The notes: generated by a model not told the origin, from the sequence alone. Shown: positions 9,077-18,172, numbered from the stretch's first letter. The stretch: DNA of 64,000 nucleotides from an uncultured Gammaproteobacteria bacterium (GCA_964196195.1 CAXMSE010000032.1:801-64800); one strand, 5' to 3'. Made by a program: numbers and translations.

Positions 9077-12000
9077 TCAGACAAGGATGGAATCTGGGCC
9101 GAGAAGCACTCTCAGCTCGGCCACGATCCCGTTCGCGTTGTCGACGGCGTAGTCGTCGGGGAGCCTCAAGACCTGCCGTTCACTCAGGTGAAGCTCCACC
9201 GGTGAGTCGCCGGGATGGGCCGAAAGAATCGACTTGAGCTCGGCTATCCGGTCGTGATGTTGGTGCTCGGGGGCAAGCCGCACCCGCACCGGCGAATTGT
9301 CGGACAGGTCTTCCACGATCTCGATGTCCTGGGCGAAGAGCTTCGGTAGATCGTCGCCGTTTTCGGTGCGTGCTCTGACCAGCACGATCGTGTCGTCGGC
9401 GAGCTTCGGCCCGTGCTCCTGCATCGTGCGGGGGAACACCATCACCTCGACGGACCCCTCGAGGTCTTCGAGTTGGAACACCGCCATCAGATCGCCCTTG
9501 CGGGTCCACTTACGTTGGAGGTTGGTGATCACACCTCCCACCTTCACGATCGCACCGTCGGGGGTCTCGGCCAACTCGGCCACCGAGCAGTCGGCCCTGC
9601 GTCGCACGTGGGCCTCGAAACCGAGCAGTGGGTGATCGGAGATATACAGCCCGAGCATCTCCTTTTCGTGAGCGAGCTTGGGCATCTTGTCGAACTCGAC
9701 CTCGGGCACAGCGGGACGCTCGTCGAATGTGGGCCCTTCCTCCAGCGCGCCGAAAAGGGACTGAACCCCCATGTCGTGTTCACGACGACGTTGGACGGTG
9801 AGGTCGATGGTCTGCTCGTAGACCTGCAACAGCCCCTTGCGGGGGTGGCCGAGAGAATCGAAGGCTCCCCCCTTGATCAGGGACTCGATCGTTCGCTTGT
9901 TGAGGGCCTCGAGGTCGACGCGTTCGACAAAGTCGACGAACGACTCGAAGGGTCCTCCAGCATCGCGGGACTCGATCACCTTGTCGACAAATCCACCGCC
10001 CACATTTCGTATCGCCGACAGGCCGAAGATGATGTGCCCGGGCGATGCGGCAGCGGCGTCGAGATCAGGGACGGGAGTGAAGTCCGATGCCGAGCGATTG
10101 ATGTCGGGCACCTCGACTTCGATACCCATGAGCCGACACTCATTGAGATAGACCGCCGCTGATTCCAGCTTGCTCTTGACACTGGTGAGAAGGGCCGACA
10201 GATACTCGACCGGATAGTTCGCCTTGAGATAGGCGATCTGGTAGGCCACATAACCATAGCCGTAGGAGTGGCTCTTGTTGAACGCGTAGTCGGCGAACTG
10301 GGCGATGATCTCGAACATCTCAACGGCGAGGGATTCCTCGTAACCATTGGCCACGACTCCTGCGCAGAACTTCTCTCGCTCCTTCTCCATCGCCTCGCGG
10401 ATCTTCTTGCCCATCGCCTTTCGTAGGGAATCGGCCTCAGCGAGGGAGTAGCCCGCGAACTTCTGCGCCATCCGCATGACGCTCTCCTGGTAGATCATCA
10501 GCCCGTAGGTGTCGCCGAGCAGCTCCTCGGCATCGGGATGGATGAACTCCACCGGCTTGCGACCATTCTTGCGGTCGGCGTAGTCGTTGTGCATGTTGGC
10601 CGCCATCGGACCCGGCCGGTAGAGGGCCACCAGGGCCGCGACATCGTCGAACGAGGTAGGGGCCAGTGAACGGATCAGGGCCCGCATGGGGCTCGACTCG
10701 AGCTGGAATACGCCGATGGTGTCGCCTCGCCCGAGCAACTCGAAGGTCTTTGCGTCGTCGAGCCGCACTGAATCGATATCGACCACTTCGCCTCGAGTGT
10801 GTTGGACCAACTCGAGACAGTCGGAGATCACATCGAGGTTTCGCAGGCCGAGGAAGTCCATCTTGAGCAGGCCGAGGTCCTCCACCCCGTGCATCTCGTA
10901 TTGGGTGACCACCGGCGCCTCTTCGATGGTCTTGCCCTGCTCGGGCTTGCGTTGGATCGGCAGGTACTCGGTGAGGGGCTCGTTGGTGATCACCACAGCG
11001 GCGGCGTGGATGCCGTCTTGGCGGCGCAGACCTTCGAGTCCCTTGGCCACCTCCACCACCCGGGCGATGTCGCTGTCGGAAGCCACCATGTCGCGCAGCT
11101 CGCCCGCCGACTTGTAGCCGTCGGCATACTTCGGATGCTCTTCGAAGCAGTACTTGAGCGGGGTATCGCGGCCCATGATGAGCGGCGGCATGGCCTTGGC
11201 CACCTTGTCACCCACTGCGTAGGGGTAACCCAGAACCCTAGCGGCATCGCGCACCGCAGCCCGAGCCTTGATCTGGGAGAAGGTGACGATCTGGGCCACA
11301 TTGTCGCGGCCATAGCGTTCGGCCGCGTAGCGAATCATCTCGTCGCGGTGACGAGTGTCGAAGTCCATATCGATATCGGGCATCGACAGGCGCGACGGGT
11401 TGAGGAAGCGCTCGAATAGAAGGTCGTACTTGATCGGGTCGAGGTCGGTGATCAACAAGCAGTAGGCCACCGCGCACCCTGCGGCGGAGCCTCGGCCCGG
11501 ACCGACCCGGATATCTCTGTCGCGGGCGTACTTGATCAGGTCCCAGGTGATGAGGAAGTAGGCCGAGAACCCCATGTTGTCGATCACGCCGAGCTCATAG
11601 TCGAGGCGCTCCACGACCGGAGCGGGGAGCTGCCCGCCCCACCGCGACTCGGCCCCTTCCATGGTGAGATGTCGGAGGTATTCGGTGTCGCTCGTGAATC
11701 CAGCGGGAAGGGGAAACTCCGGAAGCTTGGGGTTGCCGAACTCGATCGTGACGTCGGCTCGCTCGGCGATCCAGAGCGAATTGTCGCAGGCCTCGGGAAT
11801 CTCGCTGAACAAGCGCCTCATCTCGCCGGCGCTCTTCAGGTAGTGACCGTCGCCGTGGAACTTGAAGCGATCGGTGTCGGAGAGCAAGGACCCGGTCTGC
11901 ACGCACAACAGGGCATCGTGGGCTTCGGCATCGTGTTGGTGGGTGTAGTGGCTGTCGTTGGTGGCGAGGATGGGGGCCTGGATCTTCCTCGCGATCTCGA

Positions 12001-12613
12001 GGAGCTGGGGGTTGGTGCGCCTCTGTTCGGCTATCCCCTGATCTTGTAGCTCGATGAAGAAATTGTCGCGCCCGAAAATATCCTGGAATCGGGCCGCCTG
12101 TTCGAGTGCCACCTGCTCCTGACCCTGCAACAGCGACTGCAGGACGTGCCCTCCCAGGCAGCCCGAGGTAGCGATGAGTCCTTCGGAGTACTGCTCCATG
12201 AGCTCGAAGTCGGCGCGTGGCTTGTAGTGGAACCCCTCGAGAAAGGCTCGGCTCGAAATCTGGATGAGATTGCGGTAGCCCACATTGTTCTCGGCCATCA
12301 AGATGGCGTGGTAGTAGAGCTTCTTACCGCCGCCGGTATCGCCCCCGGAGTCGTCGGTGCGGCCCCTCCGATTTGGACGCTCGTGACGCGACTCGTGGGC
12401 CAGATAGATCTCGGTACCGATGATCGGCTTAATGCCGATCTCGTTGCAGCCGCGGTAGAAGTCGAGGACCCCGTACATGTTGCCGTGGTCGGTGATGGCG
12501 AGGGCCGGTTGCCCGTCGCTGGCCGCTGCTGCAATCACATCCTCAAGGCGCGATGCCCCGTCGAGCATCGAATACTCGGTGTGAACGTGGAGATGGGCGA
12601 ACGAGTCCCCCAC
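9077..12613 (-). CDS. dnaE: DNA polymerase III alpha subunit (DnaE1 type, PHP metal ligands apparently intact)
   Basis: HLHVHTEYSMLDG, TDHG, NDSH, GPGRGSAAG, PDIDMDF, KMDFLGL, AFNKSHS, C-terminal OB fold; no intein. Confidence 0.97.
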   Translation of the reverse strand: MGDSFAHLHVHTEYSMLDGASRLEDVIAAAASDGQPALAITDHGNMYGVLDFYRGCNEIGIKPIIGTEIYLAHESRHERPNRRGRTDDSGGDTGGGKKLYYHAILMAENNVGYRNLIQISSRAFLEGFHYKPRADFELMEQYSEGLIATSGCLGGHVLQSLLQGQEQVALEQAARFQDIFGRDNFFIELQDQGIAEQRRTNPQLLEIARKIQAPILATNDSHYTHQHDAEAHDALLCVQTGSLLSDTDRFKFHGDGHYLKSAGEMRRLFSEIPEACDNSLWIAERADVTIEFGNPKLPEFPLPAGFTSDTEYLRHLTMEGAESRWGGQLPAPVVERLDYELGVIDNMGFSAYFLITWDLIKYARDRDIRVGPGRGSAAGCAVAYCLLITDLDPIKYDLLFERFLNPSRLSMPDIDMDFDTRHRDEMIRYAAERYGRDNVAQIVTFSQIKARAAVRDAARVLGYPYAVGDKVAKAMPPLIMGRDTPLKYCFEEHPKYADGYKSAGELRDMVASDSDIARVVEVAKGLEGLRRQDGIHAAAVVITNEPLTEYLPIQRKPEQGKTIEEAPVVTQYEMHGVEDLGLLKMDFLGLRNLDVISDCLELVQHTRGEVVDIDSVRLDDAKTFELLGRGDTIGVFQLESSPMRALIRSLAPTSFDDVAALVALYRPGPMAANMHNDYADRKNGRKPVEFIHPDAEELLGDTYGLMIYQESVMRMAQKFAGYSLAEADSLRKAMGKKIREAMEKEREKFCAGVVANGYEESLAVEMFEIIAQFADYAFNKSHSYGYGYVAYQIAYLKANYPVEYLSALLTSVKSKLESAAVYLNECRLMGIEVEVPDINRSASDFTPVPDLDAAAASPGHIIFGLSAIRNVGGGFVDKVIESRDAGGPFESFVDFVERVDLEALNKRTIESLIKGGAFDSLGHPRKGLLQVYEQTIDLTVQRRREHDMGVQSLFGALEEGPTFDERPAVPEVEFDKMPKLAHEKEMLGLYISDHPLLGFEAHVRRRADCSVAELAETPDGAIVKVGGVITNLQRKWTRKGDLMAVFQLEDLEGSVEVMVFPRTMQEHGPKLADDTIVLVRARTENGDDLPKLFAQDIEIVEDLSDNSPVRVRLAPEHQHHDRIAELKSILSAHPGDSPVELHLSERQVLRLPDDYAVDNANGIVAELRVLLGPDSILV

Positions 12614-12664
12614 GGGGTTTCCTCAGGCTCTGTTGGGAATGGAAACTTGTCGGCCAGGGGTGCT

Positions 12665-12695
12665 TGTGGATGGCCTGTGGACACCGTGTGGACAA
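12665..12695 (-). promoter_or_regulatory. Three tandem DnaA boxes at 11-bp period upstream of dnaE
   Basis: Plus strand TGTGGATGG 12665, TGTGGACAC 12676, TGTGGACAA 12687 (last = TTGTCCACA, the actinobacterial consensus). Confidence 0.7.
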
Positions 12696-12752
12696 ATCAC
12701 ACGACTGTTATTTCGAAGATACCCGGCTCGACGAGGGTTCGTCCAGAGCAGC

Positions 12753-13274
12753 TCAGAGATAGGTGCCCGGTCGATCGTCGGGGGCCACCACTTCGCCGGC
12801 GGGAGGGCCGGGATTGCCGGGGCCAATTTGTCCTCGCATCGCTTCGAGCTGGTGCTGGGCGGCCATCTGTTGGGCGAACAACATCGCCTGCATCCCTTGC
12901 ACGAGCCCTTCGAGCCAGCCCACGAGCTGAGCCTTGGCTATCTGCAGTTCCGGAGCCGTCGGCGTATCCCCACCCGAGAACGGCAGGGCGAGCCTCCCGA
13001 GCTCATCGCGAAGGTCGGGCGAGAGGGCGGAACCCAGCTCGTCGACCGATGTCTCGTATATGTCGCGCAGCCGCTCACGGCTGGGCACGTCGAGCTCGGT
13101 GGAGCGCAACTCCTCCAGGAGCTGCTTCATCATGGTGCCGATCCGCATCACCTTGGCAGGATGATCGACCGTCTCGTCGACATCATCGCCGGTGTCGGCC
13201 GGGCTTACATCGACCACCTCCACCGGAGGGCGTTCGATGGGGGTGTCGGTCGGTTCATCAAGGGGATCGGTCAA
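12753..13274 (-). CDS. bpa: Bacterial proteasome activator (Bpa/PafE, DUF2587)
   Basis: PAKVMRIGTMMKQLLEE, AQLVGWLEGL, LFAQQMAA, C-terminal GTYL (GQYL-like HbYX motif). Confidence 0.92.
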   Translation of the reverse strand: MTDPLDEPTDTPIERPPVEVVDVSPADTGDDVDETVDHPAKVMRIGTMMKQLLEELRSTELDVPSRERLRDIYETSVDELGSALSPDLRDELGRLALPFSGGDTPTAPELQIAKAQLVGWLEGLVQGMQAMLFAQQMAAQHQLEAMRGQIGPGNPGPPAGEVVAPDDRPGTYL

Positions 13275-13304
13275 CAGGAGTTCCTCATATCTGGGTGAAC
13301 AGGT

Positions 13305-14402
13305 TCAAGAATGGAAAGAGACGAGGGGCACGAGCATTTCCTCGGGCGTCAAGGAGCCATGACGGCCGATGAGTTTGGTGCGGTTGGACTCGGCGGGATC
13401 GACGAACCACCAGTGGTCGTGAGCGACGAGGGCGACATCACCGAGGCGTGCACGAGCCACATCGGTGGTGTCGGGTCCGAACCAGCACTCGTCCAGCACC
13501 TGCTCGACCGATCGTACCCAGGCCCGGTCGCCGTGCTTGTCGGTGGCGGCGGCCAGTAGCTCCTTGGCGTAGCCAGACTCAGCATGCAGCCAACGAAATC
13601 GAGCCTCGCCGGATTGGCGATCGATCATCGCGGCGACCGACGCGTCGAGGCTTGTCTCACCGGAGCTGCAGTCGACCGTCCCGTGATCGGCGGTGACCAC
13701 CAGCGCAGTGCCCCGCGGGAGCAGCATCATCAGGTCGGCGACGAGCTGATCAACCGCGGCAAGCTCGGTGTCGTAGTGCTCACCGAACCCGTGGACGTGG
13801 GAGATCTTGTCGATCCCGTCGTAGTAGGCGTAGACGAAAGGCTCACCAGCCGCTACCGCCCGCCGTATCTGCACCGGAAGCGTCGGCAGGGTCCAGTAGC
13901 CGTGCTGGCGGGTGTCGGCGAGGTGCGCTCGGGTGAACGGGGTGCGCATGAATGCGCCGTTCTGCACCACCACCGGTCGCTCGCCGAGGAAAGCCGGAAT
14001 GGTCTGGAACTTCTCGGGAACGATTCTTTCCCGGGCGTCGCCGCGAGAGGTGCGCCAGGCAAGCATGTTGAGAACATCACCCTCGACGTCGATCCGGTAA
14101 CCCACCACTCCGTGCTGACCCGGTGGTGTGCCAGTGGTTAGTGAGGTGAGCGCAGCCGCAGTGGTGGAGGGCGCCACAGTGGTGATCGGGCCACCCGCCA
14201 ATGAGTTGAGCGTGGGGGCCAGGCTCGCCCGCTCCTGGAGTTGGAGCCAACCGAGTCCGTCGAGAACCAGCACGACCACGCAGGACGCGTCGACCACTTC
14301 CGACGGCAAGAAGTGGTCGTCGGGGCCTGGATCGAGAAGGGCGGGTACGAGGTCGGCTATGCAGCCGCCTCCCCAATTGGGTGTGATGGGCGCAGGGGCC
14401 AT
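13305..14402 (-). CDS. Alkaline phosphatase superfamily nucleotide pyrophosphatase/phosphodiesterase
   Basis: LDGLG, PSTT nucleophile, DKISH, TADHG, HGSLTPEEM; start 14402 with TAGAGT -10 7 nt upstream. Confidence 0.85.
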   Translation of the reverse strand: MAPAPITPNWGGGCIADLVPALLDPGPDDHFLPSEVVDASCVVVLVLDGLGWLQLQERASLAPTLNSLAGGPITTVAPSTTAAALTSLTTGTPPGQHGVVGYRIDVEGDVLNMLAWRTSRGDARERIVPEKFQTIPAFLGERPVVVQNGAFMRTPFTRAHLADTRQHGYWTLPTLPVQIRRAVAAGEPFVYAYYDGIDKISHVHGFGEHYDTELAAVDQLVADLMMLLPRGTALVVTADHGTVDCSSGETSLDASVAAMIDRQSGEARFRWLHAESGYAKELLAAATDKHGDRAWVRSVEQVLDECWFGPDTTDVARARLGDVALVAHDHWWFVDPAESNRTKLIGRHGSLTPEEMLVPLVSFHS

Positions 14403-14474
14403 GATCGGGACTCTAGCCAGCACCCACCGACGCTGGTGGCAGGAGTCACGCCAACTTCGCCCTAGAGTCGGCTC

Positions 14475-14921
14475 ATGCGAGTGTCCACCCGTGGCGACTA
14501 TGCGGCCCGTGCCCTTCTCTCGCTCGCGCTCCACACCGAGCAGACGCCGACTTCGGTGAGGGAGATCGCCGAACGCACAGCACTCCCGCAGCCCTATCTC
14601 GAACAGATTCTTCTCGCTCTCAAGGGGGCGGGGATCGTGAGATCCAAGCGCGGAGTGGGCGGCGGCTATGTGCTCGCGCGAGAAGCGGCCGATATCCGGC
14701 TGTCGGAGATTGTGCGGGCGGTCGATGGGCCGATCACCGCTGGCGACTTCCGCGACCCTCACACCGACGGGGCCTGCGACCATGAGGGCCAATGCGTGCT
14801 TCTGGCCATCTGGGGCGCGGCGGGTTCGCACATGCGGGAGTTTCTCGACTCCTATTCGCTCGCCGATATCGCCGGGATGTCGCGTGGGCAAGCGTTCTGG
14901 CCCACAGTCGATACCGCCTGA
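14475..14921 (+). CDS. Rrf2 family (IscR/CymR-like) transcriptional regulator
   Basis: STRGDYA, YLEQIL, VRSKRGVGGGY, CDHEGQC; TAGAGT -10 6 nt before ATG. Confidence 0.92.
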   Translation: MRVSTRGDYAARALLSLALHTEQTPTSVREIAERTALPQPYLEQILLALKGAGIVRSKRGVGGGYVLAREAADIRLSEIVRAVDGPITAGDFRDPHTDGACDHEGQCVLLAIWGAAGSHMREFLDSYSLADIAGMSRGQAFWPTVDTA

Positions 14922-14928
14922 TTCCAAC

Positions 14929-15867
14929 TCAATCGGTGTTTTCGGCGATCTCACACACCGCCAAGATCTCCACCAGGTCGACCGGCAGTGGTGAGACTGC
15001 ATCAACCTGCTCTCCGGTGACCGGGTGGCGGAACCGGAGCTCTCCGGCATGGAGGAAGGGCCGGCTGGCATCGAGCCCCGGGCGACCACCGTCGTAGTCT
15101 CGGTCGCCCACCACCGGATGCCCGATCGCCTTCAGGTGGACCCGGATCTGATGGGTGCGGCCTGTTTCGAGGCGGCACGTGAGCAGGGCCACCCGCTTGG
15201 GGTGCTCGTAGCGCTCATCGACCACATAGTGGGTGACGGCGCGTCGGCCCTGGTCGGTGACGGTCATGCGGGTGGGCTGGCGGGCCGATCGGCCGATCGG
15301 GGCATCGATGGTGCCGGCGTCGCTCGCGGGATGGCCCCAGGCGAGCGCTCGGTAGATCCGCTCGGGCTCATGAGCCGCCATCTGCTCCACCAGTCCGGCG
15401 TGAGCAGCCCCAGTTCGTGCCACCACGAGCAGGCCCGATGTACCTCGGTCGAGTCGGTGAACCAGGCCAGGGCGATGGGGCTCACCCACGTCAGCGATCT
15501 CCGGATACCGGTGAAGAAGACCGTGAACCAGGGTGCCGCCTCCGTGGCCCGCACCCGGGTGGACGACCAATCCTGCGGGCTTGTCGACCACCACCAACGA
15601 ATCATCCTCGTACACCACAGCGAACTCGACATCGCGGTCGGGTGTAAGTCGGGTGTCGATGGGCGGCGGTAGCTCGACCTTCACGATCTCACCCAATGCG
15701 ACACGCCGAGACGGGCTCTCCACCACGGTCTGGTCTACCGAGACTGCCCCCGACGCGATCAGCTTCGCCACCGCCGAGCGGCTGAGATCGGCGAGCATCG
15801 CGACGGCCCGATCGACCCGCTCGCCGTCGAGCCCGTCAGGAACCTCTTCCTCGAGTCGGTCGGTCAT
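14929..15867 (-). CDS. rluD: RluA-family 23S rRNA pseudouridine synthase
   Basis: N-terminal S4 domain, VDKPAGLVVHP, HRLDRGTSG, TGRTHQIRVH, FLHA. Confidence 0.9.
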   Translation of the reverse strand: MTDRLEEEVPDGLDGERVDRAVAMLADLSRSAVAKLIASGAVSVDQTVVESPSRRVALGEIVKVELPPPIDTRLTPDRDVEFAVVYEDDSLVVVDKPAGLVVHPGAGHGGGTLVHGLLHRYPEIADVGEPHRPGLVHRLDRGTSGLLVVARTGAAHAGLVEQMAAHEPERIYRALAWGHPASDAGTIDAPIGRSARQPTRMTVTDQGRRAVTHYVVDERYEHPKRVALLTCRLETGRTHQIRVHLKAIGHPVVGDRDYDGGRPGLDASRPFLHAGELRFRHPVTGEQVDAVSPLPVDLVEILAVCEIAENTD

Positions 15868-15881
15868 GAGGGTTACCGGAA

Positions 15882-16532
15882 CTATGGGCGGCCGAGGCCA
15901 CCGACCTTGTATTCCACCCGCTGAGCAGCCCAGGGAATCGCTTTGAGACGTTCTTGGGGAATCGGCAGTTGGGAGGTGACGCAGAGTCCGTAGGTGCCGG
16001 CCGCGATCCGGTCCAAGGCGGCGTCGATCTGGTCGACCGCCGTTCGCGCCTGAGCGGAGAGGGCAAGATCGCGTTCACGCTCCACCGCGACGGTGTCGCC
16101 ATCGCCTGACTCCTCATCGAACTGGACATCGCCTGGCTCGCGCCCTTCGATAAGGGAGTCGGCCTCGGCGCGATACTCCTCGGCGGAGTGCAGATACTTG
16201 GCTCTCTCGCCGATGAGACGAGCCTTCATTTCGTTGGTGAACTTCTTCCCGAAGGGAGACTTCAGCTTCTTGGTGGCCTTCTTCGCTGAGACCTTCTTCG
16301 CTGAGACCTTCTTCGCTGAGACCTTCTTCGCTGAGACCTTCTTGGCTGCGGTCTTGTTGGCCGGTGCCTTCTTCGCTGGAGCCTTCTTGGCTGCGGTCTT
16401 GTTGGCCGGTGCCTTCTTCGCTGAAGCCTTCTTGGCCCGCGCTTTCTTGGCTGCGGTCTTGTTGGCGGCAGCCTTCTTTGCCACAGCCTTCTTGGCGGCA
16501 GTCTGTTTGGCTGCCTTCTTCGCAGTCGCCAT
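15882..16532 (-). CDS. TraR/DksA-family protein with a histone H1/HupB-like Lys/Ala-rich N-terminus
   Basis: ~90 aa of AKK repeats, coiled coil with acidic tip [24 protein letters not shown]...[11 protein letters not shown]. Confidence 0.88.
   Translation of the reverse strand: MATAKKAAKQTAAKKAVAKKAAANKTAAKKARAKKASAKKAPANKTAAKKAPAKKAPANKTAAKKVSAKKVSAKKVSAKKVSAKKATKKLKSPFGKKFTNEMKARLIGERAKYLHSAEEYRAEADSLIEGREPGDVQFDEESGDGDTVAVERERDLALSAQARTAVDQIDAALDRIAAGTYGLCVTSQLPIPQERLKAIPWAAQRVEYKVGGLGRP
16277..16470 (-). repeat. Coding tandem repeats: 4x 15 bp (KKVSA) plus 2-3x ~45 bp ([12 protein letters not shown])
   Basis: ccttcttcgctgaga x4 at 16277-16336; ccttcttggctgcggtcttgttggccggtgccttcttcgctg at 16337 and 16382. 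Confidence 0.9.
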
Positions 16533-16665
16533 TTCGGCAGGTCCTCTCGGTCCGGCAACCGGACACGGCCCCGGTTAGGCGGCGCAGTTTACGGGTGTTG
16601 TACCCGAAAGACGCGTATCCGGGTTTGATACTGGGGTTCGGCGAATCGACCGGCAACTCGGGGGT

Positions 16666-18120
16666 TCAGCGCCGCTTCCCGAACCAGGATCGTTCTACGT
16701 CGTCATCGTCCTGATCGAAGAAGGCCGACAATGCATCATCACCGAGTACGACCTCGTCATTGCCGGCAACCGCTTCGCGGAGCTGGGCGAGGAAAGGATC
16801 GACCTGCTCAAGGCCTGGGTCGGGCTCGCTGAACAGCGATGCCTCATCGATGACCGGCATCGGGGCCGTGGCGGGGCCCGGATCCATTGCAAAGGCCATC
16901 GGCGTCGACGCCTCCGCTGGGTCGAGGTCGGAGACGGTGATCAGAAGGGGCGGGAACGACGCCATCTCGGCCTCTGGCGCGAACGTGGCGCTGAGTTCGG
17001 GCACATCGTGGGTTTGTGGGGTGGAGGAATCCGCCGGCCTGATTTCTTCGGTGGATTCGTTCATTGACTCGGCGAGCACAGCCTCCACCGGTGCGATGGT
17101 GAGATCGATCGGTGAATCGGGTGCAAACACTGGCTCGTCCCAGGCCGAGACGGGAGCGGGTTCGGGGGTGGACTCGCCCTCGTCAGCATCGTGCACCCCG
17201 TCGACCGGGGTCACCTCCGCCAATATTTCCTCCATCACCGGTAGTTCTTCCACCGCATGTAGTTCTTCCACCGCCAGAACTTCCTCGACCATCGCTTCTT
17301 CCTCGACCGCGATCACTTCCTCGACCGCGATCACTTCCTCGACGACTGGCATCTCTTCCTCGACCGCGATCACTTCTTCCACAGGCGCCATTTCCTGGTC
17401 GGTAGTGGCCTCGGCCGCCATGTCGCTCTCCTCCAGCGGCAGGGACTCCACGGTGAGTTCGAGTTCGATCCCACTGGTGGCCGGCGCGGGCGCGGCCCGG
17501 AACGTCTCGGGCTGATCCACCAAATCGGTGAGGATCGTTACCGCTGCAGCCAACACGTTGCGTTGTTCGAGCAGGTGACGTTCGAGAATCTCGACATCGT
17601 CACTCAGGAAGCCACGATATTGCTCGAACTCGGCGATCTCGGAGGCCAGCCGATCGTGCTCCGACGATGCTGCCGCCTCGGCCACGGCCTCGGCATCAAA
17701 GAGAATGCGACGCTTGTCGGTCTCTGCTTCGGCCATCACCCGCGAGGCGTTCTCGTCGGCAGCTTTGGTGGTGGCCGAGGCTTCTGCCTGGGCGACACGC
17801 AAAGCCGCCTCGGCTCCAGATTCGGCGCCGGCCACGATGAACGCGGCCTCTTCTTTGGCTTCGGCCACCGCGGCGTCGGCGGTGCGCTGGGCCAGTATCA
17901 GGGTGCGGGTGAGGGTCGCTTCGGTTTCGCTCGAGCCCCCGGATTCCATCGCTCGGGCCTCTGCTGCCTCGGCCCTCTGCTGCAACTCGCTGAGGCGGCC
18001 CTGTACGAGGGCGGCCGCCTTGGCGACACGGTCGACATAGGCATCGACCTCGTCTGGGTCGTAGCCCCGGAATCGTTCGTGAAACTCGATGTCCTGGAAC
18101 AGTAGGGAGAGCTCATCCAT
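16666..18120 (-). CDS. divIVA: DivIVA-domain protein with a long acidic low-complexity C-terminal half
   Basis: IEFHERFRGYDPDEVDAYVDRV, TLILAQRTAD coiled coil; position after yggT; TATCGT -10 7 nt before ATG 18120. Confidence 0.85.
   Translation of the reverse strand: MDELSLLFQDIEFHERFRGYDPDEVDAYVDRVAKAAALVQGRLSELQQRAEAAEARAMESGGSSETEATLTRTLILAQRTADAAVAEAKEEAAFIVAGAESGAEAALRVAQAEASATTKAADENASRVMAEAETDKRRILFDAEAVAEAAASSEHDRLASEIAEFEQYRGFLSDDVEILERHLLEQRNVLAAAVTILTDLVDQPETFRAAPAPATSGIELELTVESLPLEESDMAAEATTDQEMAPVEEVIAVEEEMPVVEEVIAVEEVIAVEEEAMVEEVLAVEELHAVEELPVMEEILAEVTPVDGVHDADEGESTPEPAPVSAWDEPVFAPDSPIDLTIAPVEAVLAESMNESTEEIRPADSSTPQTHDVPELSATFAPEAEMASFPPLLITVSDLDPAEASTPMAFAMDPGPATAPMPVIDEASLFSEPDPGLEQVDPFLAQLREAVAGNDEVVLGDDALSAFFDQDDDDVERSWFGKRR
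17280..17382 (-). repeat. 18-bp coding repeats (EEVIAV)n in DivIVA
   Basis: tcctcgaccgcgatcact repeated about 3 times plus degenerate copies. Confidence 0.75.
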
Positions 18121-18172
18121 GGCCGAAACGATAGACGCCACGGCTCCCCTGGACGGGGACCATGCCCAGTGC

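Noticed and set aside
9077-12613. Intein or split in dnaE
   Set aside because: Normal length (1178 aa) and continuous motifs at the usual insertion sites.
12648-12669. TGTCGG PafBC-like element near dnaE
   Set aside because: Points away from dnaE and lacks TANNNT at the required 10-nt distance.
12697-12710. BldD box upstream of dnaE as a target of the BldD-like protein
   Set aside because: TCAC-N6-GTTA has a 6-nt spacer; the BldD consensus needs 5.
13295-13308. KstR-like dyad GTGAACAGGTTCAA upstream of bpa
   Set aside because: One mismatch, overlaps the upstream stop codon, no lipid-catabolic context; the N2 spacer also excludes LexA.
12146-13372. Long antisense or alternate-frame ORFs (also 1454-2233, 24067-25341, 35221-36435, 42595-43671, 49930-51324, 52573-53610)
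   Set aside because: Shadow ORFs of high-GC genes: they overlap well-supported genes, are Arg/Pro/Gly-rich and have no motifs.
16277-16470. Tandem repeats as a CRISPR array
   Set aside because: No spacers, in-frame coding repeats, no cas genes.
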